Position numbers and translations under genes: made by a program | The notes under the pieces: model-generated | What the model was told of the DNA's origin: nothing | Database searches by the model: none | What the model saw: the letters and a program-made list of their open reading frames with translations, nothing else | DNA from: an uncultured virus (IMG/VR IMGVR_UViG_3300044631_001772) | Taxonomy: Duplodnaviria; Heunggongvirae; Uroviricota; Caudoviricetes | DNA length: 64,000 nucleotides | IMG/VR virus record: IMGVR_UViG_3300044631_001772 | Span: 1 to 64,000 of that record | Direction: 5' to 3' (one strand) | Part shown: one piece after another, positions 46,636 to 56,319 of the stretch | How positions within the stretch are numbered: the stretch's first letter is position 1 | Layout of the letters: the number at the start of each line of letters is the position of its first letter

Positions 46636-48036
46636 ATGCAAATGTTCAATACCGAGCAATTGCAGGAGAAGTGGGCACCGCTCCTAGACTACGACGGTCT
46701 GGATCCTATCAAAGATTCACATCGTAGAGCTGTAACCGCAATCCTGCTCGAAAACCAAGAGAGAATCATCCGCGAAGAGCGCGAGTTCCTCTATGAGTCA
46801 CCAACTAATAGCACAGGAACCAGCACTGGAGCTGGTACTGGATTTAGTGCTGGTAGCACCGGCGCTATGCAAGGTTTCGATCCCGTACTGATCTCACTGA
46901 TCCGTCGTTCGATGCCTAACCTGATCGCCTATGATCTCTGTGGCGTTCAACCAATGAACGGTCCTACCGGACTGATCTTCGCAATGCGTTCACGCTACAC
47001 CAACCAGTCTGGAACTGAAACCTTCTACAACGAAGTAGATTCAGCATTCTCTGGTCAGAGTGCATCGTTCGATCAAGTCGAAGGATGGACGAGTGGTGCT
47101 GTTGGTATGGGTACTACTGCCCAGCAAGGTCTCAACCCTTCAGTTCTAAGTCCAACAAACCAGACTGCTAACGCTACCGGCGCTGATATCTACAACGTCG
47201 GTCAGGGCATGAGAACTGACAACGCAGAATCGCTTGGCGAATCTGATGCGTTTAACCAGATGGCATTCTCGATTGAGAAAGTCACCGTTACCGCTAAGTC
47301 ACGCGCCCTCAAGGCTGAGTACTCACTTGAGCTTGCTCAGGACCTCAAGGCAATCCACGGTCTGAATGCTGAGGCTGAACTCGCAAATATTCTCTCAACT
47401 GAGATTCTTGCTGAGATCAACCGCGAAGTTATCAGAACCATCTACAAGATTGCTAAGCCTGGTGCTCAAGTAAATACCGCTACCGCTGGTACTTTTGACC
47501 TCGACGTTGACTCCAACGGTCGTTGGTCGGTTGAGAAGTTCAAGGGTCTTATCTTCCAAATCGAGCGCGATGCAAACGCAATTGCACAGCAAACTCGTAG
47601 AGGAAAGGGCAACACTATCCTTTGCTCCGCTGACGTTGCTTCAGCACTTGCAATGGCTGGTGTTCTCGATTACACCCCTGCACTCAACGCTAACCTGAAC
47701 GTTGATGATACCGGTAACACCTTCGCTGGTGTTCTCCAAGGTAAGTATCGCGTATACATTGACCCATATTCGGCAAACGTATCTGCTAACCAGTTCTACG
47801 TTGTCGGTTATAAGGGTTCTAGCCCATATGATGCTGGTCTGTTCTATTGCCCATATGTACCTCTCCAGATGGTACGTGCAGTTGGCGAGAACACCTTCCA
47901 GCCTAAGATCGGCTTTAAGACCCGTTATGGAATGGTTGCAAACCCATTCGCTGAGGGTCTTAACCCAGGTGCAGGTGCTCTGACCACCAATGCAAACACC
48001 TACTACAGAAGAGTCAAGGTTGCTAACCTGATGTGA
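46636..48036 (+). CDS. gp23: major capsid protein gp23
   Basis: KWAPLL, GVQPMNGPTGLIFAMR, KSRALKAEYSLELAQDLKAIHGL, QPKIGFKTRYG. Confidence 0.99.
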   Translation: MQMFNTEQLQEKWAPLLDYDGLDPIKDSHRRAVTAILLENQERIIREEREFLYESPTNSTGTSTGAGTGFSAGSTGAMQGFDPVLISLIRRSMPNLIAYDLCGVQPMNGPTGLIFAMRSRYTNQSGTETFYNEVDSAFSGQSASFDQVEGWTSGAVGMGTTAQQGLNPSVLSPTNQTANATGADIYNVGQGMRTDNAESLGESDAFNQMAFSIEKVTVTAKSRALKAEYSLELAQDLKAIHGLNAEAELANILSTEILAEINREVIRTIYKIAKPGAQVNTATAGTFDLDVDSNGRWSVEKFKGLIFQIERDANAIAQQTRRGKGNTILCSADVASALAMAGVLDYTPALNANLNVDDTGNTFAGVLQGKYRVYIDPYSANVSANQFYVVGYKGSSPYDAGLFYCPYVPLQMVRAVGENTFQPKIGFKTRYGMVANPFAEGLNPGAGALTTNANTYYRRVKVANLM

Positions 48037-48055
48037 GTTAGTTCACAACTCGACC

Positions 48056-48082
48056 AAGAGACCCTTAGGGGTCTCTTTTTTT
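48056..48082 (+). terminator. intrinsic terminator after gp23
   Basis: AAGAGACCC-ttag-GGGTCTCTT followed by a T-run. Confidence 0.9.
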
Positions 48083-48102
48083 ATCTAAATACAAATAAAA
48101 AG

Positions 48103-48633
48103 ATGAAAACATTTAGAGAGTTTTTATCGGAATCTCAAGTTTTGGCATATAAAAACTATAAACCAGGAGTTCTTGATAAGAAAACTGGAAAATTTACACC
48201 AAGATCTCATAGTGATACTGAACAAAAAAGATATGGTTGGAAACCTGTAAAGGTCAGTTCTTATAGTAAAGCAGATACTCCAGGTTCATTGACAGCAAGT
48301 GGAGAACGTTTTAATGATAAGCAAAGATTAGTTGCCGTTCCATATGCATCAAGAACTAGTACTAAACCTTCAGCACCATTTGGTACAAAGCTGCAAATGA
48401 CAATGGCACCAGGGACAAAAGCACCTGTTGCAACAACTAAAGTATCCGATACTGGTAATTTTGGACCTGCTGGAGATTATAATCGTTCAACAAACTACGA
48501 TTTGGCATTACAAACAGCTCGAGATGTTTCAGGTAATCCAAAAATTACATCAAGTGATTTTGGAAAAAGAACAATTTACGTGAAAACTGCTCAGAATCCG
48601 CAAACAGCAAAAGTAAAACCCAATAAGAGGTAA
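48103..48633 (+). CDS. RlpA-like double-psi beta-barrel protein with leader MKTFREFLSE
   Basis: VSSYS..TASGERFN..VA..PFGTKLQMT..VSDTG..YDLA parallels the RlpA motifs ASWY..TASGE.FD..AAH..LPFGT.V.V..INDRG..IDLS. Confidence 0.7.
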   Translation: MKTFREFLSESQVLAYKNYKPGVLDKKTGKFTPRSHSDTEQKRYGWKPVKVSSYSKADTPGSLTASGERFNDKQRLVAVPYASRTSTKPSAPFGTKLQMTMAPGTKAPVATTKVSDTGNFGPAGDYNRSTNYDLALQTARDVSGNPKITSSDFGKRTIYVKTAQNPQTAKVKPNKR

Positions 48634-48636
48634 AAA

Positions 48637-49182
48637 ATGTCTTGTAATTTCCCAAACCAAATTACGAATAGAAATTTTTTATCGCCAGTTGGTTTCAAGT
48701 TTAGCTTATCAAAAGAACCAACTGTTCCATTTTTTTGCAACTCTGCAAGAATACCTGAAATAAATCTTACAGTTTTACAACAACCAACTTACTTAAAGGA
48801 TCTTGATGTTCCTGGTGGAAAGATTCAATATGGTGATCTAATCTTAAGATTTATCGTTGATGAGAATATGGAAAATTATATGGCAATTCATAATTGGTTA
48901 ACTGGTCTTGGTTTTCCAGAGACAACAGGGCAGTATAAAGATTTAATTACAGATGCTGATGGTATTTTAGATCCTAAACAAGCATTTAGTGATGGAAGTT
49001 TATATGTGCTGAATAGTAACTATAAAACTAGTGCGGTTGTAAAATTTAAAGATCTTTTTCCAGTTTCATTATCATCTCTCGATTTTGACTCCACACAAAC
49101 TGACATTCAGTACTTTACAGCAGACGTTACTTTCAAGTATACTGTCTACAATATACTCAATGAAAATAATCAACCCTTATGA
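48637..49182 (+). CDS. gp3: tail completion protein gp3
   Basis: NFLSPVGFKF, FIVDENMENY..IHNWL, FKDLFPVSLS; precedes uvsY. Confidence 0.88.
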   Translation: MSCNFPNQITNRNFLSPVGFKFSLSKEPTVPFFCNSARIPEINLTVLQQPTYLKDLDVPGGKIQYGDLILRFIVDENMENYMAIHNWLTGLGFPETTGQYKDLITDADGILDPKQAFSDGSLYVLNSNYKTSAVVKFKDLFPVSLSSLDFDSTQTDIQYFTADVTFKYTVYNILNENNQPL

Positions 49183-49610
49183 ACCTTGACGAAATCCAGG
49201 AGATGTGGCAGAGAGACTCTGTTATGGATCCTGACAATTTACATGATGAGTCTTTAAAAATTCCTCAACTTCATTCAAAGTATTATACAATCTATAACAC
49301 AATTACTTTGTTACGTGAAAAGGCAAGAGAGACTTTTAATAGAGTCAAACTAGAACGTTACAATTACTACACTGGAAAGGCGCCTATAGAGGTCTACGAA
49401 GAAGAACCGTTCCCATATAAAGTTCGGGACAAAGAGGCACTACAGAGGCATATGGATGGTGATGAGAAGTTAAGTAAGGTAGAACTCAAAATAAGATACT
49501 ACGACATTATGTTGAAGTTCTTAGAAGAAATTATTAAGTGTATATCTAATAGAACTTTCCAAATTAAAAATGCTCTGGAATGGCATAGATTCCAATCGGG
49601 ATTCAACTGA
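49179..49610 (+). CDS. uvsY: recombination mediator UvsY
   Basis: ESLKIPQLHSKY, NRTFQIKNALEWHRFQSG. Confidence 0.92.
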   Translation: MNLDEIQEMWQRDSVMDPDNLHDESLKIPQLHSKYYTIYNTITLLREKARETFNRVKLERYNYYTGKAPIEVYEEEPFPYKVRDKEALQRHMDGDEKLSKVELKIRYYDIMLKFLEEIIKCISNRTFQIKNALEWHRFQSGFN

Positions 49611-49630
49611 GGCAGAAATGCCTCTTTTTT
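49609..49630 (+). terminator. intrinsic terminator
   Basis: GAGGCA-gaaa-TGCCTC-TTTTTT. Confidence 0.85.
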
Positions 49631-49665
49631 ATTGCCAATAAATATTTTTGTATTGATATGAACGT

Positions 49666-51129
49666 ATGTCACATTTGGTTATATCTAAAAAGAATGAGGT
49701 ATATCTTCAGGTAAAAGCAGAACCACACGTCTATTACGAACTTGCAGATCAGTTCACATTTGACGTGCCAGGTGCCAAGTTTATGCCCCAGTTTCGCAAC
49801 AAGCATTGGGATGGAAAAATACGTCTATTCAATACGCAGACTGGTGAGATTTATATCGGTCTTCTAGATAAACTCACTCGGTTCTGTGAAAATCAGGATT
49901 ATACTTATGAGTTTATAAACAATAAGTATTATGGTCTTCCCTTTGAAGTGAACGAAAATATCTCAAAGGAGGGTGTGAAAGACTATATGACTTCTATCTG
50001 CAAGTATTCTCCCCGCGAGTACCAAGTTGAGGGAGTATACGACGCTTTACGACATAATCGAAAGTTGTTGATATCTCCAACTGCTTCTGGAAAGTCGTTG
50101 ATGATATATTCGATTGTGAGATATTACGTTGAGAAAGGACAAAATACTTTGATAATTGTTCCAACGACATCCCTTGTAGAACAACTTTATAAAGATTTTG
50201 CAGATTATGGGTGGGATGTGGGTTCATTTTGCCACAAGATCTATGCAGGTAAAGAAAGAGAAACTGACTCTCAGGTGATCATTACGACCTGGCAATCCAT
50301 CTACAAACTTCCCCGACAATATTTTTCAAGATTCAATGTGGTCGTTGGAGATGAAGCACACCAGTTTAAATCAAAGTCATTAGTATCTATAATGACAAAA
50401 CTTTCTGATGCAAAATATCGTTTTGGATTTACAGGAACACTTGATGGCACACAGACGCACAAGTGGGTTCTGGAAGGTTTATTTGGACCTTCATACAAAA
50501 TTATCCGTACAGAAGAACTGATGCAGAAGGGTCACGTTGCCAAACTGGATATTAACATTCTCCTATTGAAACACCCACCGAATAAGTTTGAAACATTTGA
50601 GGATGAGGTTCAGTATATTATCAATCACGAGAAACGCAACAAGTTCATCAAGAACCTTGCTATTGATCTTAAAGGTAATACTTTGATTCTATTTTCAAGA
50701 GTAGAAGGTCACGGACAACCTTTATACGAACTCATAAATAAGAATATCGCTGAAGATCGTCACGTGTTCTTTGTTCATGGTGGTGTTGATACTGAGGACC
50801 GAGAAAAAGTTAGAGAAATTACAGAAAAAGAAAATAATGCAATCATCGTTGCTTCTTACGGGACTTTTTCTACTGGTATTAACATTAGAAATCTACATAA
50901 TGTTATCTTTGCTTCCCCTAGTAAATCAAGAATCAGAAACCTCCAATCAATCGGAAGAGTCTTAAGAAAGGGGGACAATAAAACAAAGGCAACTCTGTAT
51001 GACATTGCCGATGATATTAGTTATAAATCAAGAAAAAATTATACGCTCAATCATTTAATCGAAAGAATTAAAGTTTATAATGAAGAAAACTTTAATTATG
51101 ATATTGTAAACATACCGCTTAAAAACTAA
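49666..51129 (+). CDS. uvsW: SF2 helicase UvsW
   Basis: WDGKIRLF, SPTASGKS, DEAH, QSIGRVLR. Confidence 0.96.
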   Translation: MSHLVISKKNEVYLQVKAEPHVYYELADQFTFDVPGAKFMPQFRNKHWDGKIRLFNTQTGEIYIGLLDKLTRFCENQDYTYEFINNKYYGLPFEVNENISKEGVKDYMTSICKYSPREYQVEGVYDALRHNRKLLISPTASGKSLMIYSIVRYYVEKGQNTLIIVPTTSLVEQLYKDFADYGWDVGSFCHKIYAGKERETDSQVIITTWQSIYKLPRQYFSRFNVVVGDEAHQFKSKSLVSIMTKLSDAKYRFGFTGTLDGTQTHKWVLEGLFGPSYKIIRTEELMQKGHVAKLDINILLLKHPPNKFETFEDEVQYIINHEKRNKFIKNLAIDLKGNTLILFSRVEGHGQPLYELINKNIAEDRHVFFVHGGVDTEDREKVREITEKENNAIIVASYGTFSTGINIRNLHNVIFASPSKSRIRNLQSIGRVLRKGDNKTKATLYDIADDISYKSRKNYTLNHLIERIKVYNEENFNYDIVNIPLKN

Positions 51130-51536
51130 TGGGTGAAGAGTTTTACGCAATTATTAAATTAATATCTGGTGAAGAAATATTATCATTGGTCATGTCTGAT
51201 GAAAATGATGGCGATCCAGTTATTGTTCTACAAAATCCAGTCACTATGAAAGCATTTCATAATCATCATGGAACTCACATTAAGGTAAAACCCTGGATAG
51301 AAATGTCAAGTGATGATTTCTTTATTGTAAAACTTGATAAGATTATTACAATGACAGAGACTAAAGATAAGAGATTGATTGATATTTACAATAATTATAT
51401 TGAAGATGAATCTTTAATTGATGTCTATAACCCTTCAGGAAAAGTAAAACCATCATCAAAGATGGGATATATTTCTTCTGTTGAAGATGCCAGAAAGAAA
51501 CTTGAGGATCTCTTTAAGGATATTAAAGAAGGCTAG
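51129..51536 (+). CDS. conserved hypothetical protein (possibly Sm-like)
   Basis: IKLISGEEI..LQNPV..KPW; between uvsW and gp55. Confidence 0.75.
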   Translation: MGEEFYAIIKLISGEEILSLVMSDENDGDPVIVLQNPVTMKAFHNHHGTHIKVKPWIEMSSDDFFIVKLDKIITMTETKDKRLIDIYNNYIEDESLIDVYNPSGKVKPSSKMGYISSVEDARKKLEDLFKDIKEG

Positions 51537-51563
51537 ATCCTTATCTTCAAAAGCAACAAAGCA

Positions 51564-51592
51564 ATTCTACTCGTATTTTCATACCTTGTCAA
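51564..51592 (-). promoter_or_regulatory. antisense sigma70-like promoter
   Basis: minus strand TTGACA (51592-51587), 17 nt, TAGAAT (51569-51564). Confidence 0.65.
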
Positions 51593-51614
51593 GCTTTTTT
51601 AGTTATGCTATAAT
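51586..51614 (+). promoter_or_regulatory. sigma70-like promoter of gp55
   Basis: TTGTCA 51586-51591, 17 nt, TGc-TATAAT 51609-51614. Confidence 0.8.
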
Positions 51615-51646
51615 AAACAAAAGTTATATTAAATGAGTCCAATGCC

Positions 51647-52165
51647 ATGCCCAAGAAAAAAACTGAACATTATGTAAACAATAAAGAATTATTAGAAGCG
51701 ATGATCGTTTATCGCTCTAAGGTTGAAAGTTCTTTTCTTAAAAAGTATGATAGAGCACCAACTAAACAGGATAGGGGAAAGCATTGGGAAGGTAAACCAC
51801 CAATTCCAAACTATCTTGGCGAATGTTTTCTAAAAATTGCGACTCATTTATCATACAAACCAAATTTTGTAAATTATATGTTTCGTGAGGATATGATTTC
51901 TGACGGAATTGAAAATTGTGTTCAATATATTCATAACTTTGATCCTGAGAAGTCAAAGAATCCTTTTGCTTATTTTACTCAAATCATTCACTACGCATTT
52001 TTGAGAAGAATTCAAAAAGAGAAGAAGCAACTAGATATTAAGACTAAGATTATCGAACGAACTGGGTTTGATGAGGTTATGATGATAGATGACAACTTGC
52101 TTTCTGGAAGCAATTCGGAGTATAATAGTATGAAGGACAATATCCAGTATCGCAGTAACCGATGA
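51647..52165 (+). CDS. gp55: late-transcription sigma factor gp55
   Basis: HYVNNKEL, MISDGIENC, NPFAYFTQI..AFLRRIQKEKKQ. Confidence 0.96.
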   Translation: MPKKKTEHYVNNKELLEAMIVYRSKVESSFLKKYDRAPTKQDRGKHWEGKPPIPNYLGECFLKIATHLSYKPNFVNYMFREDMISDGIENCVQYIHNFDPEKSKNPFAYFTQIIHYAFLRRIQKEKKQLDIKTKIIERTGFDEVMMIDDNLLSGSNSEYNSMKDNIQYRSNR

Positions 52166-53199
52166 AGGTAGCAATTTTAACTGACAGTCATTATGGGGCA
52201 AGGAAGGGTTCAAAATACCTCCACGACCACTTTGAACTCTTCTATAAAAATGTCTTCTTTCCTGCCCTTGAAGAACATGGGGTAGAGGCAGTCATTCATA
52301 TGGGTGATGCATTTGATAGTCGCAAATCAATTGATTATCAAAGTCTTGAATGGGCAAAGCGTGTTGTATTTGAACCTCTGCGAGATTATGATGTTCATAT
52401 GATTATTGGTAATCACGATTGCTATTATAAGAATACCAATAGTGTTAACTCTCCAAGTTTGCTTCTTCAAACTTATCCTAATGTTCGCACTTATAGTTCT
52501 CCACAGACTATTAAAGTTGGTGGTCTGGATATTATGATGGTTCCCTGGATTTGTAGTGAGAACTATGATGAAACTCTCAATCAAATCAAAAAGACCAAAG
52601 CAAAGATTGCAATGGGGCACTTAGAACTTAAAGGTTTCCGTGTAAATCGAAATTTGATTATGGAGGAACATGGACTGGATTCGAATATTTTTTCAAACTT
52701 CACAAAGGTATTTTCTGGTCATTACCACACTCGTTCTGATAATGGACGCATTTTCTATCTTGGTAATCCTTATGAAATGTACTGGACAGATGTGAATGAT
52801 ACTCGCGGTTTTCATATCTTTGATACAGAAACATTAGAACACATTCCAGTCAATAATCCTTATAAATTGTTTTACCACATTTATTATGAGGATACGCCAT
52901 ATCAGTTATTTGACGCTACCGAATATGAAAATAAAATTGTTAAAGTGATTGTTCGCAAAAAATCTAAACCAAAAGATTTTGAGAAATTCATCGACAAACT
53001 TTATACTGCTGGCATTCAAGAACTCAAAATTGTTGAGAACTTTGACATTCAAGAAAGTGAAGATTTTGAAATTGATGAAGAGGAAAGCACCATTTCAATT
53101 TTGAATAGATATATTGATGAGGCAGAGTTTGAGTTTGATAAGAATGTCATCAAAGGAATCTTTCAAGACCTCTATAAACAATCTTGCGAAGTAGAGTAA
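52162..53199 (+). CDS. gp47: recombination endonuclease subunit gp47 (Mre11-like)
   Basis: DSHYG, GDAFD, GNHD, SGHYH metallophosphoesterase motifs. Confidence 0.96.
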   Translation: MKVAILTDSHYGARKGSKYLHDHFELFYKNVFFPALEEHGVEAVIHMGDAFDSRKSIDYQSLEWAKRVVFEPLRDYDVHMIIGNHDCYYKNTNSVNSPSLLLQTYPNVRTYSSPQTIKVGGLDIMMVPWICSENYDETLNQIKKTKAKIAMGHLELKGFRVNRNLIMEEHGLDSNIFSNFTKVFSGHYHTRSDNGRIFYLGNPYEMYWTDVNDTRGFHIFDTETLEHIPVNNPYKLFYHIYYEDTPYQLFDATEYENKIVKVIVRKKSKPKDFEKFIDKLYTAGIQELKIVENFDIQESEDFEIDEEESTISILNRYIDEAEFEFDKNVIKGIFQDLYKQSCEVE

Positions 53200-53475
53200 A
53201 TGTTTCTTCTTACACTCAAGGACAGAAAAGACGACGGAGCATATGCAGTTCAGGACCAGTACGGTCATAAGGTCCTATTTCTTTTTGAGAAAGAAGATGA
53301 TGCAACTCGTTATGCCTTGATGTTAGAAGATCAAGAAGAAACTGAAATGGAAGTTGTAGAAGTTGATGATGAGCTTGCAATCAAGACTTGTAAGATGTAT
53401 AATTACCGTTATGCTGTAATCACTCCTGACGATATCGTTATTCCTCCTAAGAATGCTAGTATTTCACAAGATTAA
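53200..53475 (+). CDS. conserved hypothetical protein
   Basis: LFLFEKEDDATRYA; between gp47 and gp46. Confidence 0.8.
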   Translation: MFLLTLKDRKDDGAYAVQDQYGHKVLFLFEKEDDATRYALMLEDQEETEMEVVEVDDELAIKTCKMYNYRYAVITPDDIVIPPKNASISQD

Positions 53476-55168
53476 ATGGAAAAATTTTCTTTCTACTGGA
53501 AATCAGTGGACAGAAGTTGATTTTGAAAAACACCATACAAATTTAATTATTGGAACGAATGGTGCAGGTAAGTCCACAATCTTGGATGCACTTACTTTTG
53601 TTCTTTTCAACAAACCATTTAGGCGGATTAATAAACCGCAACTGGTTAATACTACCAACGAAAAAGATTGTCTTGTAGAGATTGAGTTCTCTGTGAATAG
53701 TCGAGATTATCTTGTTCGTCGTGGGATTAAACCAAATATTTTTGATATTGAGGTTAATGGTAATCTTCTTCATAAAGAAGCGGATGATAGGGCAAATCAA
53801 AGAATATTAGAAGAAAATATTCTTAAAGTAAATTATAAGTCTTTTACTCAAATTGTAATTTTGGGTAGTAGTACTTTTGTCCCGTTCATGCAATTGACTA
53901 CTTCTAATCGTCGAGAGGTCATTGAAGATCTTTTGGATATTCGTATTTTTTCTGCGATGAACAATCTCATTAAGGATAAAATTCGTGAGAAAAAAGACCA
54001 GATTAAATCTCTTGAACTTAAGAAAGAAACTCTTAAGGATAAGATGAAGATGCAACAGAGTTTCATTGAGGAACTTGAAAATCGTGGTAATGCCAATATC
54101 AATGCCAATAAAGAAAAGATTGTCAATTTAGATGCAGAAGTTGGCATTTATATGACCGAAAGTGCCAAAACCGAAGAGCAGATTTTTACCTATACTAAAG
54201 AGCAGGAAGAACTCATTGGTGCCGATGATAAGTTAGTAAAACTAAACAATCTTAAGGGCAAAATATCACAGAAAGTATCTGCTATTACCAAAGAACATAA
54301 GTTTTTCACAGAAAATACGGTCTGCCCCACTTGCACTCAAACAATTGAAGAAGAGTTTAGGTTAAATAGAATTGTACACGCTCAAAATAAAGCAAAGGAA
54401 CTCCAGAAAGGTTTTCAAGAACTTGAGGAGACTATAAAGTTAGAACAAGAACGAGAGCGTCAATTCGCAGTTCTATCCAAGGAGATTACGAAACTCAACC
54501 ATGAGATTTCTCAAAACAATACTCGCATTTCACTCAACCAGAGACAAATCCGAGACCTTGAATCTGAAATTCAAACTATTACCCAAAACCTTGCAAACAG
54601 AAATACTGAGCATGAGAAGTTAGAAGAATTTCAAACCAATCTCCAAAAAACATTCGAAGACCTTTCAAAGAAAAAAGAAGAAATCGTTTATTACGATTTT
54701 GCCTATTCCTTACTCAAGGACGATGGCGTTAAAACGAAGATAATCAAGAAGTATCTTCCGTTTATAAATCAGCAGGTGAATCGTTATCTTCAGATGATGG
54801 ATTTTTATATTAATTTTGAATTGGATTCTGAATTTAATGAGAGTGTTAAGTCACCTATTCATGAAGATTTCTCATACTCTTCATTTTCTGAAGGTGAAAA
54901 GGCAAGAATTGATTTGAGTTTGCTGTTTGCTTGGCGTGAAGTTGCAAGAGTCAAAAACTCCGTAAATTGCAATATTCTTTTATTTGACGAAGTTTTTGAC
55001 TCTTCTCTTGATGGTTTTGGTGCGGATGAATTTTTAAAAATTATTAGATATGTGGTTAAAGATACTAATGTTTTTGTAATTTCTCATAAAACAGACCTTC
55101 AAGATAAGTTTGATACGACTCTAAAATTTGAAAAGAAAAAAGGATTTTCTTATAAAACTGAATTATAA
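53453..55168 (+). CDS. gp46: recombination endonuclease subunit gp46 (Rad50-like)
   Basis: GTNGAGKST, CPTC zinc hook, FSEGEK signature, DEVFD, ISH. Confidence 0.97.
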   Translation: MLVFHKIKWKNFLSTGNQWTEVDFEKHHTNLIIGTNGAGKSTILDALTFVLFNKPFRRINKPQLVNTTNEKDCLVEIEFSVNSRDYLVRRGIKPNIFDIEVNGNLLHKEADDRANQRILEENILKVNYKSFTQIVILGSSTFVPFMQLTTSNRREVIEDLLDIRIFSAMNNLIKDKIREKKDQIKSLELKKETLKDKMKMQQSFIEELENRGNANINANKEKIVNLDAEVGIYMTESAKTEEQIFTYTKEQEELIGADDKLVKLNNLKGKISQKVSAITKEHKFFTENTVCPTCTQTIEEEFRLNRIVHAQNKAKELQKGFQELEETIKLEQERERQFAVLSKEITKLNHEISQNNTRISLNQRQIRDLESEIQTITQNLANRNTEHEKLEEFQTNLQKTFEDLSKKKEEIVYYDFAYSLLKDDGVKTKIIKKYLPFINQQVNRYLQMMDFYINFELDSEFNESVKSPIHEDFSYSSFSEGEKARIDLSLLFAWREVARVKNSVNCNILLFDEVFDSSLDGFGADEFLKIIRYVVKDTNVFVISHKTDLQDKFDTTLKFEKKKGFSYKTEL

Positions 55169-55190
55169 GACACTTTCTCAACTGGACTCC

Positions 55191-55219
55191 TTGACTTCCG
55201 TAAATACAGATAGTAATCT
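55191..55219 (+). promoter_or_regulatory. sigma70-like promoter preceded by a degenerate palindrome box
   Basis: TTGACT 55191-55196, 17 nt, TAATCT 55214-55219; GACACTTtctcAACTGG just upstream. Confidence 0.55.
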
Positions 55220-55240
55220 GTCCTCACAAGCACAAGACTA

Positions 55241-55375
55241 ATGCAAGTCCCCAACCGCTACCATCATTCTAAAAAGGAGCAGAAGCGGAAACTGAAACCG
55301 CAAGCACTTCGACAAGCAAAGGCACGACGCCAAGCACTCAAGAAAAAGCACTCCGAAAGGGGTGTTTTTTTATAA
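55241..55375 (+). CDS. small basic protein (44 aa, MQVPNRYHHSKKEQKRKLKPQALRQAKARRQALKKKH...)
   Basis: translated by hand; follows a promoter. Confidence 0.7.
   Translation: MQVPNRYHHSKKEQKRKLKPQALRQAKARRQALKKKHSERGVFL
55343..55371 (+). terminator. intrinsic terminator inside the 3' end of the small ORF
   Basis: GCACTCC-gaaa-GGGGTGT followed by a T-run ending at 55371. Confidence 0.75.
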
Positions 55376-55397
55376 ATAACTCAAAAGTACTTGAAAG

Positions 55398-56291
55398 ATG
55401 AAAGTGAAAGAATATCTAGAATTAGTTGAGGCATATCAAAAAGTTTATGAACAACAAATTGGAGTTCCTTTAAAAGAACCAACTGATCGTGCTGCAAAGG
55501 ATCAACTTGAAAAAATGATACCCAAAGGAGAAAAGGTTCACACATTCAAGGGTGGGCTGCAAAAAGCACATTATGAACTAGAAGGTGAAGTTCTTGATGA
55601 AGATCTTTATGATGAAGTTTTAGATTATCTTATTAATGAGGGATGTACTTTAGAAGAATCAAACTATATTATGTCTTACGTTGTGGAACAAGGAATGAAT
55701 CCACAGGAAGTAATTGGTAGAGGAATTGCAAATATTCTTGGATTTGATAAACCACATCCAACTCAGGTTTTTGCCCAAGGATTGAGAAAAATGCTCTATC
55801 CAAATAAACCAAAAGAAGTTAAAGCTCCTAAAGCACCTGCTCCTAAAATAACAAAAACTGCTTCTCCAGCAGCAAAACCACCAGCACCAACAAAACCAAA
55901 TCCATATAGACCTGGTGCTACAGTTAGAGCAACTGGACCAAATATGGATAAGTTTCCAGAACTTCAACGATTTGCTGGACAGGCAAGAAAAGTTGCTGAA
56001 CCAGTTGCTAAAACTGCTGGTGCCGTTTCTGCGCTAAGAAATATTGCCAGTTCTGGTCGTGTTGGTGCTGCTGCTCCTGCTGCTGCTGTAATGGCACCCA
56101 AACCAGTTGGTGATGCCACATTAACTGGTGCTCTTAAGAGAGGAGATTATAAACCAAAACAAGGACCAAAAAATCCAGATCAAGGTTTGACTAGAGCACA
56201 GTCTTTTGATAAGGCATATAAAACAGCAAAACAGAAGAGTGGAATGGGTTCTACTTTTACTTGGAACAACAAATCTTATAAGGTTGCTTAA
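55398..56291 (+). CDS. late hypothetical protein, acidic leader plus basic Pro/Ala-rich body
   Basis: TATAAATA 55371-55378; EAYQKVY and LYDEVLDYLINEG motifs shared with the next gene. Confidence 0.75.
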   Translation: MKVKEYLELVEAYQKVYEQQIGVPLKEPTDRAAKDQLEKMIPKGEKVHTFKGGLQKAHYELEGEVLDEDLYDEVLDYLINEGCTLEESNYIMSYVVEQGMNPQEVIGRGIANILGFDKPHPTQVFAQGLRKMLYPNKPKEVKAPKAPAPKITKTASPAAKPPAPTKPNPYRPGATVRATGPNMDKFPELQRFAGQARKVAEPVAKTAGAVSALRNIASSGRVGAAAPAAAVMAPKPVGDATLTGALKRGDYKPKQGPKNPDQGLTRAQSFDKAYKTAKQKSGMGSTFTWNNKSYKVA

Positions 56292-56319
56292 TTATAAATA
56301 ACTAAAAAGTAGTTGTAAG

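Noticed and set aside
37526..55168. Inteins or group I introns in gp17, gp20, gp23, uvsW, gp47 or gp46
   Set aside because: All are uninterrupted ORFs of ordinary length, and no splicing motifs were seen.
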